Below are positions 1 through 11,853 of a DNA stretch of 64,000 nt, one piece after another. The first letter of the stretch is position 1. Every line of letters begins with the position of its first letter. Under the pieces are notes generated by a model. That model was not told the DNA's origin, made no database searches, and saw only the letters and a program-made list of their open reading frames with translations. The DNA comes from Lobosporangium transversale (taxonomy: Eukaryota): positions 868,001-932,000 of the forward strand of contig NW_019028981.1 of the NCBI RefSeq assembly GCF_002105155.1, read 5' to 3'. A program made the position numbers and the translations under genes.

Positions 1-724
1 CATTGTCGTGCTGAAAGACGATATCGCTTTTAGTTAGGCCCCAGTCATCAAGCGACATCTGTAGATCCTCCTGCAGTAGTTTGATGTAAAGTTGTGCGTC
101 CATATTATTGTCAATCTTTGCAATGTATCCAGGTCCGTACCATGAGAAGCATGACCACACTTTAACATTACCACCCCCAAACTTGACAGTGCCTTGCACC
201 AACCTGCGAGTGAGGCGTCCCGGATTGTCGTCCCAGATCCACTGCACGCCATCAGAGCAGATTCGGTTTATTTTCGATTCATCTGACCAAATAACCTTTT
301 TCCAATCTTCCAGAGTCCATTCCTTATACTTTTTGATAAAATGCAAACGAGCTTTAATATGCCGTCGACGTAAAGCTGGCTTATGTACACGCCTCTTTGC
401 TGTCAATCCTAACTCCTTGAGCCGTCGTCTAACGGTGGTCTCAGAAACAGCCGCTGGTATGAGCTGGTTGGCTCTGACGGTGGCCTCAACTGCAGTCTTG
501 GGTGTACCTTGTTTCATGTTCACCTTAAGATACTGCATGATGCCTCTAGGTACTTTCCTTGTTCGACCGCCTTTATTGACTGGCATGTACTCCTTATTAT
601 GTGCATAGATCCTGGTGGCCGTCGCTATTGATATACCAACACTAGCAGCAGTTTCTCTAGTAGACATGCCTCCCATCATTAACCTCCTGGCTTCGTTGAC
701 TTTCCTTTGTGGAGTGGGTCTCAT
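1..724 (-). CDS. Tc1 transposase, N-terminal part; no stop in the segments translated by hand
   Basis: MRPTPQRKVNEARRL...GGRTRKV...RLHFIKKYKEWTLEDWKKVIWSDESK...FQHDN. The Lys codon AAG at 329-331 is intact here. Confidence 0.9.
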   Translation of the reverse strand, partial: MRPTPQRKVNEARRLMMGGMSTRETAASVGISIATATRIYAHNKEYMPVNKGGRTRKVPRGIMQYLKVNMKQGTPKTAVEATVRANQLIPAAVSETTVRRRLKELGLTAKRRVHKPALRRRHIKARLHFIKKYKEWTLEDWKKVIWSDESKINRICSDGVQWIWDDNPGRLTRRLVQGTVKFGGGNVKVWSCFSWYGPGYIAKIDNNMDAQLYIKLLQEDLQMSLDDWGLTKSDIVFQHDN

Positions 725-1059
725 ATTCTGTGAAGGTATAGTTAAGAGAGAGTTAAGCAACTGTTCATAAAGGAAAGAGAGAAAAGTCCTTTTTTTACTG
801 GCATTAAATGACGTCCAAAAGTTGTCATGGGCAACATATTAGACCACATGTGAAACTGATTCAATGACCTGCATGAACAAAAAAGTCATTAGCTATTCAA
901 ATGAGACAAGCTAATGTCACAACGCATCACTATGACGTAGAAGAAGACGGGAGCTTTATTAAACTAAAGTATGAGTGGTGTATGCATATACGGTTTCTAG
1001 GATTGAAAAAAAGAAATGCACATGGGAATGAATTATTGAATCAGTTTTGCATGATAGTG
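1..1059 (-). mobile_element. Tc1-like DNA transposon, family A, copy 1 (runs off left edge)
   Basis: ~215-bp TIR at ~845-1059 ending CATGATAGTG, followed by TA (1060-1061). Same TIR as the copies at 14546-16165 and 37590-45034. Inserted into a different Tc1 ORF. Confidence 0.95.
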
Positions 1060-1060
1060 T

Positions 1061-1526
1061 ATCTCCAAGACATTAGGGCCTGCCAGGAGTAAAAGTAGAG
1101 CTGGTCGGCCACGGAAGTTCGATTACCGGAATGCATCTTATATTCGATTGTTGCTTCACCGTGGTATAATCTCATCAGCTGTCCATGCTACCAAACTCTA
1201 TAACGATGAGAACGAAGATCCGGTGACAGCTAATACGGTGCGTCGGGCGCTGAGAGATATAGGCATGGAAGCTAAAAAAGCCGTCAAGAAGCCTAGGCTA
1301 ACAAAACGTCAAAAGAAAGCTCGACTGGACTTTGCTCTCCAGCACAAAGACTGGACCGAAGCTGATTGGAAGCGAGTAATTTGGTCCGATGAGTCCAAAA
1401 TTTGTAGGATATCTTCTGGTGACATGCGCTATGTTTGGGTGGAAACAAATAAAGAACCAAAGGTGAAGGCGGCCGATAATGACCCAAAGTTAGTTTCGCC
1501 CACAGTCAATCATGGTGGTGGTTCGA
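1061..1526 (+). pseudogene. Tc1 transposase fragment, family B
   Basis: One frame reads ISKTLG...AGRPRK...TVRRAL...KKPRLT...WKRVIWSDESK...HGGGS. Interrupted on the left by Tc1-A at TA; homology is lost after ~1527. Confidence 0.88.
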
Positions 1527-1543
1527 TGTTACAGTATATAACC

Positions 1544-1641
1544 CAGTGCTCCTATTCGGTTTAAAATTTTGTCAATTGATATTTATTTTTTTAATCTGAA
1601 ACATCATAGTTGACAAAATTTTAAACCGAATAGGAGCGCTG
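1544..1641. mobile_element. 98-bp hAT-type MITE
   Basis: 32-bp TIRs at 1544-1575 and 1610-1641 (1 mismatch), starting CAGTGCTCCTA. Exact 8-bp TSD ATATAACC at 1536-1543 and 1642-1649. Confidence 0.9.
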
Positions 1642-1730
1642 ATATAACCTTAAGCCTATAAAAAGGCTTGTTTTAATAATTACAATAAAATCATCTTTTG
1701 TCTCTCTTAATTATTACATCATGACTTTCT

Positions 1731-4700
1731 GGAGTCCCCTTAGATCTGAGACTAGAGGAAATAAATGTTTGCTTTTGAACTTAATTCCATTACATATCAC
1801 ATGACAATAAATTATTTTTTGAGCATATTTCGTTAAGATGTATTTATGTAAATGAAAAGATATGTAGATATCCATAGTGCTATAGGTAAAGTCGCTCGTT
1901 TCAGACCCGATTGGGTTATACCGACATGGGGCCGGTAGCTGGTACTGGAGCGCAACTTTTAAGAGATGGTTTTACGTTTTCTGGCGAAAGTTTATATCCG
2001 TAGTTAAGTGATAAATGCAACAAGACAGAGTATGTGACCAATCTAGACAACCATTTCAAAATTAGTTTTGTAAAAGTTGGCAAAGACGATGGAGCGCAAC
2101 ACAGATATACCCAAAAGTAATGGAACCATCAGGATATATGTTTTTTCAATTTGGAATCCAACGGTGGTAAAATCACTACTAGTTACATAGTCAGAAAAAA
2201 TAGTTTTCTTAAAGGAAAAGCGAGAAGGTCGAGGAAAAAAGCGATTTTTTGATATTCTATGCTCATTTACTCAAGAACCACTTAATGGAATACCGAAAAG
2301 CAAGGCTCATATCATAGCTGTAGGCTAGGGGAACTGTTATCTGCTTTGGCTAGTCTCTATCTCTCAAGATTCTGACGCAATGGTCCATTGAGTGTGTTAA
2401 AAATGGGATAATCTTAGTTTTTTCTTTGTTTGACATACTTTACACAGGTGCTACTCCATGGATACTAAATGGATCTCCTTAAGAATAGTTTTAAATCAAA
2501 GCTAATAAGCTCTTTCATTGGCCGTCCCGAGAGCGGCTGCTTCCTAGCAATCTAGCAGGAGCTACTCATGCTTAAAGCCTGCCCAGTCTTTAAAATCACC
2601 CAGCTTTGTCACAATTTTGGGTGCTATCTCTATAATACTGAACGGATCCTTTCCATTCTTATTATATCTGGTGCGCATCGCTGTCCTCTATTGTACATTT
2701 CATCGGCATGGTGTCATCCTCCCTAGAAGGATAGTTATAAGCATTTTAGTAGCTTCAATGATGGTTGCGTGTGAAATTTGGGTGAGATTTTGTGGGAGAA
2801 ACCTTAATTTGGCTTGAATTTTTCTTTTGCATTCTTTTTTTTTATTAAAGAAACTTAAATCTAATAACACTGCCGTTGCCGTTTCTTAGTTCCGGATGTA
2901 TTGGGGATTTTTGGCACAGTATCTAGCGTATTTACTACATGCTTCAACTTCCCTATGGTCTCTTCCGACCGCTTATTTACAATATCAGAGCTCTGAAGAA
3001 ACTTTTTAATCAACTCAAGTAACTCATCAGCTTCTTCACTTCGCTGATCCTCCTCCAGCTCAATCTCCTGATTACACTCATCCTCCTCTTCAATTTGGTA
3101 TTCACCATGCTCAACAGCTAAATGTTTGTCCATGATCAAAGGCATAGCCTTTTCAGGAAGACTGAGCGGACGTTCTTCATCATTCTGCTTAACTTTGAAC
3201 AACACAAGCATATGCATACATGGACGGCGCCTACTTATAAAGAATAGGCAATTACATCCTGTGATGATATTGTTTTCATCGACTTTCACGTTATATATAC
3301 CATGCCCAGTTGTAGGCGAGACAACGCAATAATACCCTTCAACATAAATGACCAGGCCTTGGAGCTCCTCAATAGTTTTGTTGCCTAGGCATCTTTCTTG
3401 CAAGATATCTACCTTCTCGCCTTTGGAATGCCGGACAACACTGCGCATTGCTAATGCCTGATAGAAGTCATCCACATCATGGCTTAGGAGATAGATCAGC
3501 CTGTCGCCTCGGCAGTTAGTATGGCCTCGTAGAAAATAGGACTTGAGGTGGTTGTGCCAAGATTCCACATAATTATTGGTATCCATACCAGCATAGAATT
3601 TACCAACACGGTATGACTTCATCCATCGTTGTCTACGTCCTTCGATGAAGTATCGGTCTTTGTGGTACTTCCAAAATTTCCCTTCATTGTGCTCCGGCCA
3701 TTTCTTTTCGAATTCAACTATCTTCTCACCGGCAGTTCGGGAAGATGGATCATAAAGGATCGAGCGGAGCTCATTCATTGCGGATTGTCGAAGCTCCTTG
3801 CTTTGATTCTTATCGGCACCTCGGATTAAGGTTGAGAACTTACGGGCCCAGGATTTCATTACATGCCATAGACACAAATGAACAGTTACATCATTTCCAA
3901 ATGCTTTACGGATGGCCTGGTATTCCACTTGAGCGTCATCAGTGGTAATGAATTCTAGGGCGCCAACCATATTCTTAATATGAATGAGCCAATGCTTCAG
4001 CGAGCGGTGCAAATGATCATTGGTGAGTAGAAAAGCGACAGGGATGGCGCTCATCCGCAATGGGTCCTGGATTATTATTGTGAATAGCTCAAATTTGTAA
4101 CGGTTCGTTCCATGTGTCGAGTCCAGACCAATGCATTTAAAATTCGAGCTGTATACTGATCGCTGAAAAGGAGACATGAATCTATAGGCGAATTTGTGAA
4201 TTGCTTGTCCACCCTTCCCTATCTCGGTGACCTGCCTTGTGAAAACGGTAAAGTGCTTCTCTTGCTGCAGCTTTGACATCCAGAGCCTCATTGAATTCAT
4301 GTCGTTGTCTGATAGTTTTGTCAGGGCAGAAATGTGCGTATAATAAATTTTATAAACGTCCTCATATGTAAGGACATCGTCACGCTGTAAACGCCCTTGT
4401 TTGTGGCGAGTATATGCCTGAGGCCCAGTCAAATTGATCTTGGCAATTATTCTCCTAGTACACAAGCCAAGACGAACCAAGTTTCGAACCCGTGCTTTTG
4501 TTGATTCCGTCAAGATGAGATACTGAAAATCATTAGGATCACCGAGGACATGGCCTGTATGCTTATAGTAATACGTAATACGGAGTTGCTTCTTTCCCTC
4601 CTTCATTGCTAATTCGGGATCCCCACTATCGTCTTTCATGTTGTGGACTAGAAGCTTTGCTCTACATCCGACTTTTTGGCTCTTCTTAAAGACGCGCCTC

Positions 4701-5764
4701 CTTTTCTTTTGCCTTTGTTCCTGCCCAGGGTCTTGAGGGGAATCTTGAGAGGAGTCTTGAGGGGAGTCTTGATGAGCGGTTTGAACGCGATTTTGGCCTC
4801 GCGAGTCATGGTTAGGGTGGCATTCGTAGGTTTGAAAATAAAAGTATTTGCTTCTGCCATCTGCCTTATTATCTCGATGTACACGGCGCATCCAAACAAA
4901 ATAATGATCGCGACTATCCTGTTCAAGCCAAGCGCTGAAGTCCTCCTCGTTCACGTAAAAAATACGGGGCAGGTAGTCATACGGTTCTGTACGGGAGTCG
5001 TTTACAATGTCTTTGATCGTTTCATCATCGAGAGTCGACTTAATCCATTGGCAATCATGCACCTCCGAGCACAAAATCTCAGTTGCTATTTCATTGGCCT
5101 TCGCAATGACACTCTCGTCTAGTTCTGGACTCTCTGAGCCACCAGGCATGAGTGAGCTTTCCCCGGTACCAAAATCCGCAGAAGGATGGATGCTAATGGC
5201 TTCAACAGGAGCTGCAGATGATTCAGGCTCTATTTCTGGGTCGGAATCCGAAGCCCCACTCGAATAGTCATTGTAGTCAACGTTCCACGAGTCCCGGTCA
5301 GAGTCTGATTCCTCGCTCCCATGCTCACAGTCAGAATCGAATTCTTCTAGATCATCAGCGCGATCTATTTCATCTACATCATCCAACAGACTATCCTCAA
5401 TAACTTCTGAACTCTACACAGAAAGCAAGGTCAAGGAGAACCGAGAGGTGATTAATATATGTGCAAATATTTATTATTGATAAGGTAACATAGCCTCCGC
5501 ACCATAATGCTTGTTCGATGAAATGATCTAAAATAATACACATGTTGATTTACATTCAGAGTTCATTCAACATTCGACGCGTAATGGCAACAGTTTGCGA
5601 GCTGAATATTATTAACGATTTTTATCTGGAGAGACAGAGGTGTATAAGAAGAATTGATATCAAGATCGTATTTGTGCAAACGCGTGAAAAAAAAAAAAAA
5701 AAGTATGACGTATTAAAATCGCCTTTATTATCACCCTTAATGGTATCACATCTAAGGGAATTCC
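1731..5764 (-). mobile_element. Mutator/MULE element, copy 1 (putatively full length)
   Basis: Imperfect terminal IR: GGAGTCCCCTTAGATCTGAGACT vs revcomp GGAATTCCCTTAGATGTGATACC (18/23). Weak 9-bp TSD TGACTTTCT/GGACTCTCG (6/9). Boundaries are approximate. Confidence 0.7.
2861..5386 (-). CDS. MULE transposase, 841 aa
   Basis: WRKY/GCM-like region (YECH...KVGCRAKL...HTGH), MULE DDE core (LDSTHGTN, TDD, LCLWHV, TNNYVESWH) and SWIM finger CNCLFFISRRRPCMH. True start codon uncertain. Confidence 0.93.
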   Translation of the reverse strand: MDDVDEIDRADDLEEFDSDCEHGSEESDSDRDSWNVDYNDYSSGASDSDPEIEPESSAAPVEAISIHPSADFGTGESSLMPGGSESPELDESVIAKANEIATEILCSEVHDCQWIKSTLDDETIKDIVNDSRTEPYDYLPRIFYVNEEDFSAWLEQDSRDHYFVWMRRVHRDNKADGRSKYFYFQTYECHPNHDSRGQNRVQTAHQDSPQDSSQDSPQDPGQEQRQKKRRRVFKKSQKVGCRAKLLVHNMKDDSGDPELAMKEGKKQLRITYYYKHTGHVLGDPNDFQYLILTESTKARVRNLVRLGLCTRRIIAKINLTGPQAYTRHKQGRLQRDDVLTYEDVYKIYYTHISALTKLSDNDMNSMRLWMSKLQQEKHFTVFTRQVTEIGKGGQAIHKFAYRFMSPFQRSVYSSNFKCIGLDSTHGTNRYKFELFTIIIQDPLRMSAIPVAFLLTNDHLHRSLKHWLIHIKNMVGALEFITTDDAQVEYQAIRKAFGNDVTVHLCLWHVMKSWARKFSTLIRGADKNQSKELRQSAMNELRSILYDPSSRTAGEKIVEFEKKWPEHNEGKFWKYHKDRYFIEGRRQRWMKSYRVGKFYAGMDTNNYVESWHNHLKSYFLRGHTNCRGDRLIYLLSHDVDDFYQALAMRSVVRHSKGEKVDILQERCLGNKTIEELQGLVIYVEGYYCVVSPTTGHGIYNVKVDENNIITGCNCLFFISRRRPCMHMLVLFKVKQNDEERPLSLPEKAMPLIMDKHLAVEHGEYQIEEEDECNQEIELEEDQRSEEADELLELIKKFLQSSDIVNKRSEETIGKLKHVVNTLDTVPKIPNTSGTKKRQRQCY

Positions 5765-6498
5765 GGACTCTCGGGAGAGAGGGTGAACGGTAACCCAAAA
5801 AGGAATCATTATCCAAATCGGGTCTCATCCGGAAACTCCTAGATTGTTTCAGATTGAGTCAGTCATGACGTAAGATCTAAAATTAATCTAAGTATAGATT
5901 ACAAATAATTTATCCGAACGGTTAGACTAAAAAAGGAAGGTCTAAGTCCGAAAAAATTCTAGGATATATGTATCATTTCCGTGGTACGCGTTGACTGTAA
6001 ATAGTAACAATCCAAGGTGATCTTAGGTGGAATCGAAGGTCAAAGGATACTTTATTTGGCTATAACGTAGTGGACTATTTATACTGATAATTGATAGGGT
6101 TGGGGCTTGGTGTCTTGGCACTTGGGCTTGGCGTCTTGGCGCCTGGGGTGCGTGTGATAGTTGAGCCCTCCTCAAAGGTTTGAGTCAGTATTGTATAACA
6201 CGTTTGCATCCTTCCCGTCAAAAATGAAGGAGATCATAAATCGAAGAAGAAAAGAGAAAAAAAAATTGATGGAAATAAAGAAAACGAAGAGAAGAGAGGA
6301 GAAATAAATAAAATAATAAATAAAAATAAAAAAAAAATTGATGTGGTGATGTCTGATTGGTTAAAATTACTGGTCATGCGGTTCATGCAGATCATGTGGA
6401 TGAGGATGGGTGAATGAGTGGCGATGGAGTTGGTGAGTTCGTGTTGCATTCTTTCCTCATTCCTCTTTGCTTATTTCAAAAAAAGGAAAAAAGTCTCC

Positions 6499-7146
6499 AT
6501 GATGTCTTCACGCAAGGCTTCTCATCCAATGCCACCGCGTAAAGGTCGTGCTCCTTCTGGTGGCGTGTTTTCTGAAGTTGTATTGACACAGCGGTCGGCG
6601 GTACCAAGCTCCCAGGGTTCTTCAGATGACCCTGACGCCACACAGCCTTATTCTGTGCCTCAGGAGGAAGAGCTAGATACGAGGTTGGAATTGTCTCCAC
6701 GTCTTTCACCTGTAATCTTGGGGCGGATGCTACCGAAGGAGGAGTATCCTGAGGTGGGCGATTCACCAACTGTGAGGGAAGCCAGAGATCATGTGGAGTC
6801 GAGTACTTCAGCGACGTCGGGAGTGGAGGGGGCTGGGGTCCGTTTGGCTTCTGTAAGTTCGACGAGTGACAATGCACAGCGGGAAGCTGTTGATGGAGAG
6901 GATGGTCCTGAGGAGCCGGAGAGGCGACGGAAGAGGAGTCGTCATGAGGGACCGAGGCTGTCGATGATAAGAGAGTGTTCTTCGCTGATAGCGTTTGAGT
7001 TTCGTGCATTGCAGACCCAGGATGTGAGTGTAGAAGAGCGAGCACGGGAACGTCGTCGATTGATGGAGGAAATGGCGGTTGTTACCATGCTGGAGTGGGC
7101 AGAGAAGGGAGGTAAAAGGAAGAGAGGAAGAGAGGAAAGGAGATAG
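6499..7146 (+). CDS. Additional antisense ORF (215 aa) between pol and the 3' LTR of Gypsy A; function unknown
   Basis: Stop-free, GC-richer than its AT-rich flanks. S/P/E-rich, with basic clusters RRRKRSR and KRKR. An upstream in-frame ATG lies at 6424. Confidence 0.55.
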   Translation: MMSSRKASHPMPPRKGRAPSGGVFSEVVLTQRSAVPSSQGSSDDPDATQPYSVPQEEELDTRLELSPRLSPVILGRMLPKEEYPEVGDSPTVREARDHVESSTSATSGVEGAGVRLASVSSTSDNAQREAVDGEDGPEEPERRRKRSRHEGPRLSMIRECSSLIAFEFRALQTQDVSVEERARERRRLMEEMAVVTMLEWAEKGGKRKRGREERR

Positions 7147-7206
7147 TAAAAGAAGAAAGGAAGAGAGAAAAGAAAAAAAAAGAAACAGAGAAAAATAATT
7201 TTGGTG

Positions 7207-10200
7207 TTACTGTTGCATTTTTTGAAATTCCTCCAGTGCTTCTTTTGCATTAACTAGTGAGGATCTCCGTTCCCATGTTGCTTCTTCGTCAGGATATCCC
7301 TTCCATTTCACGAGCCACTTGGGGGTTCTGCCAAATAGTTTGTAATCCAGAATCTTTTCCACTTCATATTCTTCTTCGCCATCGACTAAATCTGGTGGGG
7401 GTCTGGCAGGTGCTCGTTCGCCGAAATTCTCCGGGGATTCGTGATAATGTCGTAATAAATCTGTATTGAAGACAGGGTGTTGTTTCATGTTCGGAGGTAG
7501 CTCGAGCTTGTACGCGTTGTCGTTGATCTTCTCTATGATTTTGAATGGTCCAATGAATTTTGGTTCTAACTTTTTGGAGGGTCGGTTTGCGTGAGCTGCG
7601 ACAGTGATATGCTCCGTACTCAGTAAGACACTATCGCCTACAGTGAACCTGGCGGGTGATCGTGCTTTATCTGCTTGGCGTTTTTGGATGTCCTGAGCTG
7701 TCGCTATTGCGTCTTGTGCTTGCGCCAACGCAGAGGCTTGAGTGGAAATGAAGGTAGAGATAGCCGGTACATCTGTTGTTGGTGGTTTCAAGAGGGATGA
7801 TGGGACAATGGGATGATGACCGTGGTTTAGGAAAAAGGGGGAAAACCCTGTGGAGGGGTTGACGGAGTTGTTGTATGCAAATTCCATCATTGGTAAGAGC
7901 AAGTCCCAGTCATTCTGTTTGTACGAGACATAAGATCGTAGCATTTCCTCCAGGGTCCTGTTGGCTCGCTCCGTCTGTCCGTCTGTCTGAGGATGGAATG
8001 CTGTAGACATATGGAGTTTAGTTCCCATGAGCTTCATCAATGTGGTCCAGAAGTGTCCCGTGAATCTTGAGTCTCTGTCCGATACAATAGCTCGTGGCAT
8101 GCCATGGAGTCGGAAGACATTATTGAAGAAGAGTCGCGCGATATCTGAAGCAGTGTCCGTTGTATGGCTAGGGCAGAAGTGGACTTGTTTGGATAACTTG
8201 TCTACGAATACAGTTATGGCATTGAACCCTCGGTTCGTCTTGGGTAAAGGGCCAATGAAGTCCATGGTAACAGTTTCCCATCGTTCAAGAGGTATATCGA
8301 GAGGTTTGAATAATCCGGCAGGATGATGAAGCAGTGGTTTATTTCGCTGGCACTGTTCGCATGATGCAATGTAAGTCTTGGTGTCTCGGGCCATTCGTGG
8401 CCAAAAGAAAGTCCTTCGCATGGTTTCATATGTTTTCTCGAAGCCGAGGTGGCCAGCAATGGGAGAATCATGTGCATCATGAAGTAGGAGAGCGCGAATG
8501 TTAGGATCATTCGGGATACATAAACGTGTCTGTCCAGCGATGTTAATCCACAATAGGTCATCAGCAACAAAATAACGATCAGAGGGACTTGCCTTGCGGC
8601 AGCTTTCGTAAAGTGATCCTAACTTAAGGTCATACGGGTAACACTTTATCAGGCGCTGCCGTAAGCCTGGGTCCAAACTTATTTCTATGGAGTTAATCTG
8701 CTCACTGGCGGGATCCTGCGCCTTGTGGTCAGGCCTCCTTGAGAGAGCGTCGGGGACGATGTTGTCTTTGCCTGGTTTGTACTTGAAGTTGAAGTCGTAT
8801 TCTTGTAGGAGTTCCATCCATCTGGCCTGTCTCCGAGTCAGGTTTGGCTGGGTTGGAAATGCTGCAATGTGGCATGGTCAGTATAGACAATAAAATGAGA
8901 CCATCCAAATAGTATCGCCATGTTCTTAAGGCGTGGACGACAGCTAGTAATTCTTGCTCATGGGTTGGGTAGTTTCGTTCTGCAGAGCTCAACTTTCGTG
9001 ATGTAAAGTCAACAGGGCGCGATTCGCCCTTGTGATCTGTTTGGAACAAGACTGCACCAATGGCGAAACCTGATGCATCAGTTTCGACGGAAGTTGCTAG
9101 GGCAGGGTCAAAAATTCTGAGTACGGGTGCCATGGTGACTGCCTGCTTCAGTCTTTCAAAGGCCTCTTGGTGAGGCTTGCTCCAGTAGAATGTTGTAGTT
9201 GAGCCTAACAGATCAGTAAGGGGAAGCACGATATCAGCATAGTGGTCGATGTATTGATGATAGAAGTTTGTTAATCCAAGGAACTGCATGACGTGGCGCT
9301 GTGTTGTGGGTGTTGGCCATTCTCTAACTGCCTTAACCAGTGCTCCGTTTGTTTTGAGTCCATCTTTGGATATAACATGGCCTAGGAACTCTGTCTCCTC
9401 TTGCATAAATGAACACTTGGAAAGCTTGCAAAAGAGGCCTGCCTTGCGTAGGAGCCTAAGAACGTTTCTGATGTCTTGTAGATGTTGCTCTTTGTTATCA
9501 GAATAAATCAGTATATCATCTAGGTAAACTACGGTGCATTTATCCAGCACGGGATCCAACACGTTGCGCATCATGGCTGAAAAGGCGGCAGGTGCGTTGG
9601 TGAGTCCGAAAGGGACGACGTTAAACTCATAGTGACCGTAGCGTGTTCGAAATGCCGTTTTATGTCGGTCGTCTGGATGAACGCGCATTTGATGATATCC
9701 GGATAGTAAGTCGAGCTTTGTAAAAAATCGTGCTGTCCTGAAACGATCTATTAGCTCGTCGATTCTTGGTAGTGGATGGCGATTCTTACGGGTTATTTTG
9801 TTTAATCCTCTGTAGTCTACACACATCCTCAGTCCGCCATCCTTCTTTTTAACGAATAAAACTGGTGCTCCGTAGGGTGATGTACTTGGAGAGATGAAGC
9901 CTTTGCGCAGTAGTTCTGTGAGTTGTGTTTTTAGTTCGTCTAATTCAGCAATTGATAAGCGAATGACTGGTCTTACAGGTGGATCGGTATTTTTTTCAGT
10001 CTCGATTCGCATGCTATCGCCACGATCCTGAGGGAGTCCGTCCGGTAGTGTGTCAGGAAAGAGGTCTGGAAATTCTACTTGGACAATTTGTTGAATCGAT
10101 TCGGGTAGTGTTGAGTCTAGGTTTGTCGGTGGTGAAGTGGTTCTTACTTGGGCCAAGAATGTTGTCGTTTCGGGTTCTAATGCTAATGCAGCAAAGTTTA

Positions 10201-10615
10201 TGGCAGAAAGGCAATTTTGACGAGCGGAGGAGGAGATATGCCCTCGACATTCCCATAGTATGTGTTTACCATCGTGTTCAAAGTGTAAATCGTTAGTGCG
10301 CCAGTTGATTTGGGGATTGGCTGCGGTTAGCCAAGGTTTCCCTAGGATGAGATCATATTTTTTCGAGGGGTAGATGATACTTTGAATCTTTTCACCATAG
10401 GAACTACGTTCAAGGGTAACAGATGCGGTTCCTGGGGACATGACTGCTGTGCCATTCGGATGAATGATAGGGATAGGGTTTCGCGTTGTCTATGATAATG
10501 TTACGTTTTCTGCAAAATCTTGAACCAATACATTTCCTTCTGCTCCACCATCAATGAGGATTCGCCAGGGTGTCCCGTTCCGTTGACGGCCCCCAATGAA
10601 GGTTAGTAGTCGTCT
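7207..10615 (-). pseudogene. Gypsy A pol (PR-RT-RNaseH-IN-chromodomain), frameshifted
   Basis: ILIDGGAEG protease, YLDD RT, TDASG RNase H, HHCC and DDE integrase, GPF motif, C-terminal EYEVEKILD...WLVKWKGY chromodomain. Frame breaks near 10560 and 8850-8900. Confidence 0.93.
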
Positions 10616-10697
10616 CGCATTGGGTGTAGAAGGGGACAGGGATTGGAGGTGTGTGGCATGACGACGACGGACGACGGGGTGGGTTTTACTAGTCAGA

Positions 10698-11253
10698 TGT
10701 CAGAGACGACAAAGGGTGTTAGAGGCCAAGGAAAGGATAAAAGTTTGAAGAAAGGAAGGAATAAACAAGAATGATAATGAGCTGAGAACTAGAATGGATT
10801 CACGAATAGTTTTATTGCAGACTGAGGTTTACTATGTTACAAATCTATCATATTTATACTTGTTTGACTGAAGCGGAGACGCGCTTCAAGAACTCTAAAT
10901 AAAGCTTACTCAAATATTTCCTAAGGACTTTTACCATATGCGGAACTTCAAGTGTTGAGTTAACTTAATACACAGGATCCGAGGAAGATATCTGGTGCAA
11001 TCTTATTTCAAGGTTCCTTGGCACTATAAGCCTTGGTTATTGGTTTATAGCTCTTCTAGAATCCTTGGAGCTATTCACGGAGCTAGAAAACTAGGAGACG
11101 CGACTTGGCTTGACAGGCAAACTATGCATGGAGGAATGAGTGAAGGAAATGAGCGGAACAAATTAATCAAGCACACGTGATCTTTTTCAGATTCGAATCA
11201 GACAAAAGTCATTCATCAATTCATGAGCTAGACATTGCTTGCTGTTCGTGACA
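10698..11253 (-). mobile_element. Solo LTR, family D, inside Gypsy A
   Basis: Reverse complement of 44075-44611. Near-identical from ~10765 to 11253, noisy at the left end. No TSD. Confidence 0.88.
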
Positions 11254-11853
11254 CTGGTTGAGAGTCTGAGGCTGGCGAAGGAGGACTTCCTTGCTTGTGT
11301 CTTCTACAAGGCCGTAGGTATAATGGAGGACAAGCCATGATTCCTCCAGTTTGGGTGTGAGGCGTTGGAGGCGGCGGAATTTGGCAGTGTATTCCGCTAC
11401 TGAGGATTTACCTTGTTTTAATTGAACCAGTGCTTTCTGGGCTGAAGTAGCCGTGTCAGGGGGTGTGAAGTTTTCGATGAATTTACTTCGGAAAGTGTCC
11501 CATGGTGTATCAATTGTCATTTCCGAGTCTCGCCACCATGCCTTGGCGTCTCCTTTCAGGTTGACAACGGTATATCGGACCCAACGGGAGTGGTTAAGCT
11601 CCATGATCTCGAAGTACTCTTCTTGGTTCTCCAAGAAGTTGAGGACCGCGACAGCGTCGACATTTCCCTCGTATGGTTCTGGTTTGGTAGGTTTTATCAC
11701 AGCAGCCACCGTGCGGACATGGTCATTAAAGGCGGCAGCGCTAGAAGCACTATCCTGTCGGGATTCGAGGAAGGTTTGCACAGCGTTCTGCACGGATAGG
11801 CTGGTACTGGCATCAAGGTTAAGAGCTTTCAAGGAAGTGGTGAGGTTGTCCAT
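11254..11853 (-). pseudogene. Gypsy A gag, C-terminally truncated by LTR D
   Basis: KPEPYEG...LKGDAKAWW...LKQGKSSVAEYTAKF; clearly homologous to the gag at 38110. Confidence 0.9.

Noticed and set aside
1527..1730. Possible further LTR starting TGTTACAG, with TATAAAA and AATAAA, perhaps resuming after 5764
   Set aside because: No second copy, matching CA end or TSD can be shown in this window.
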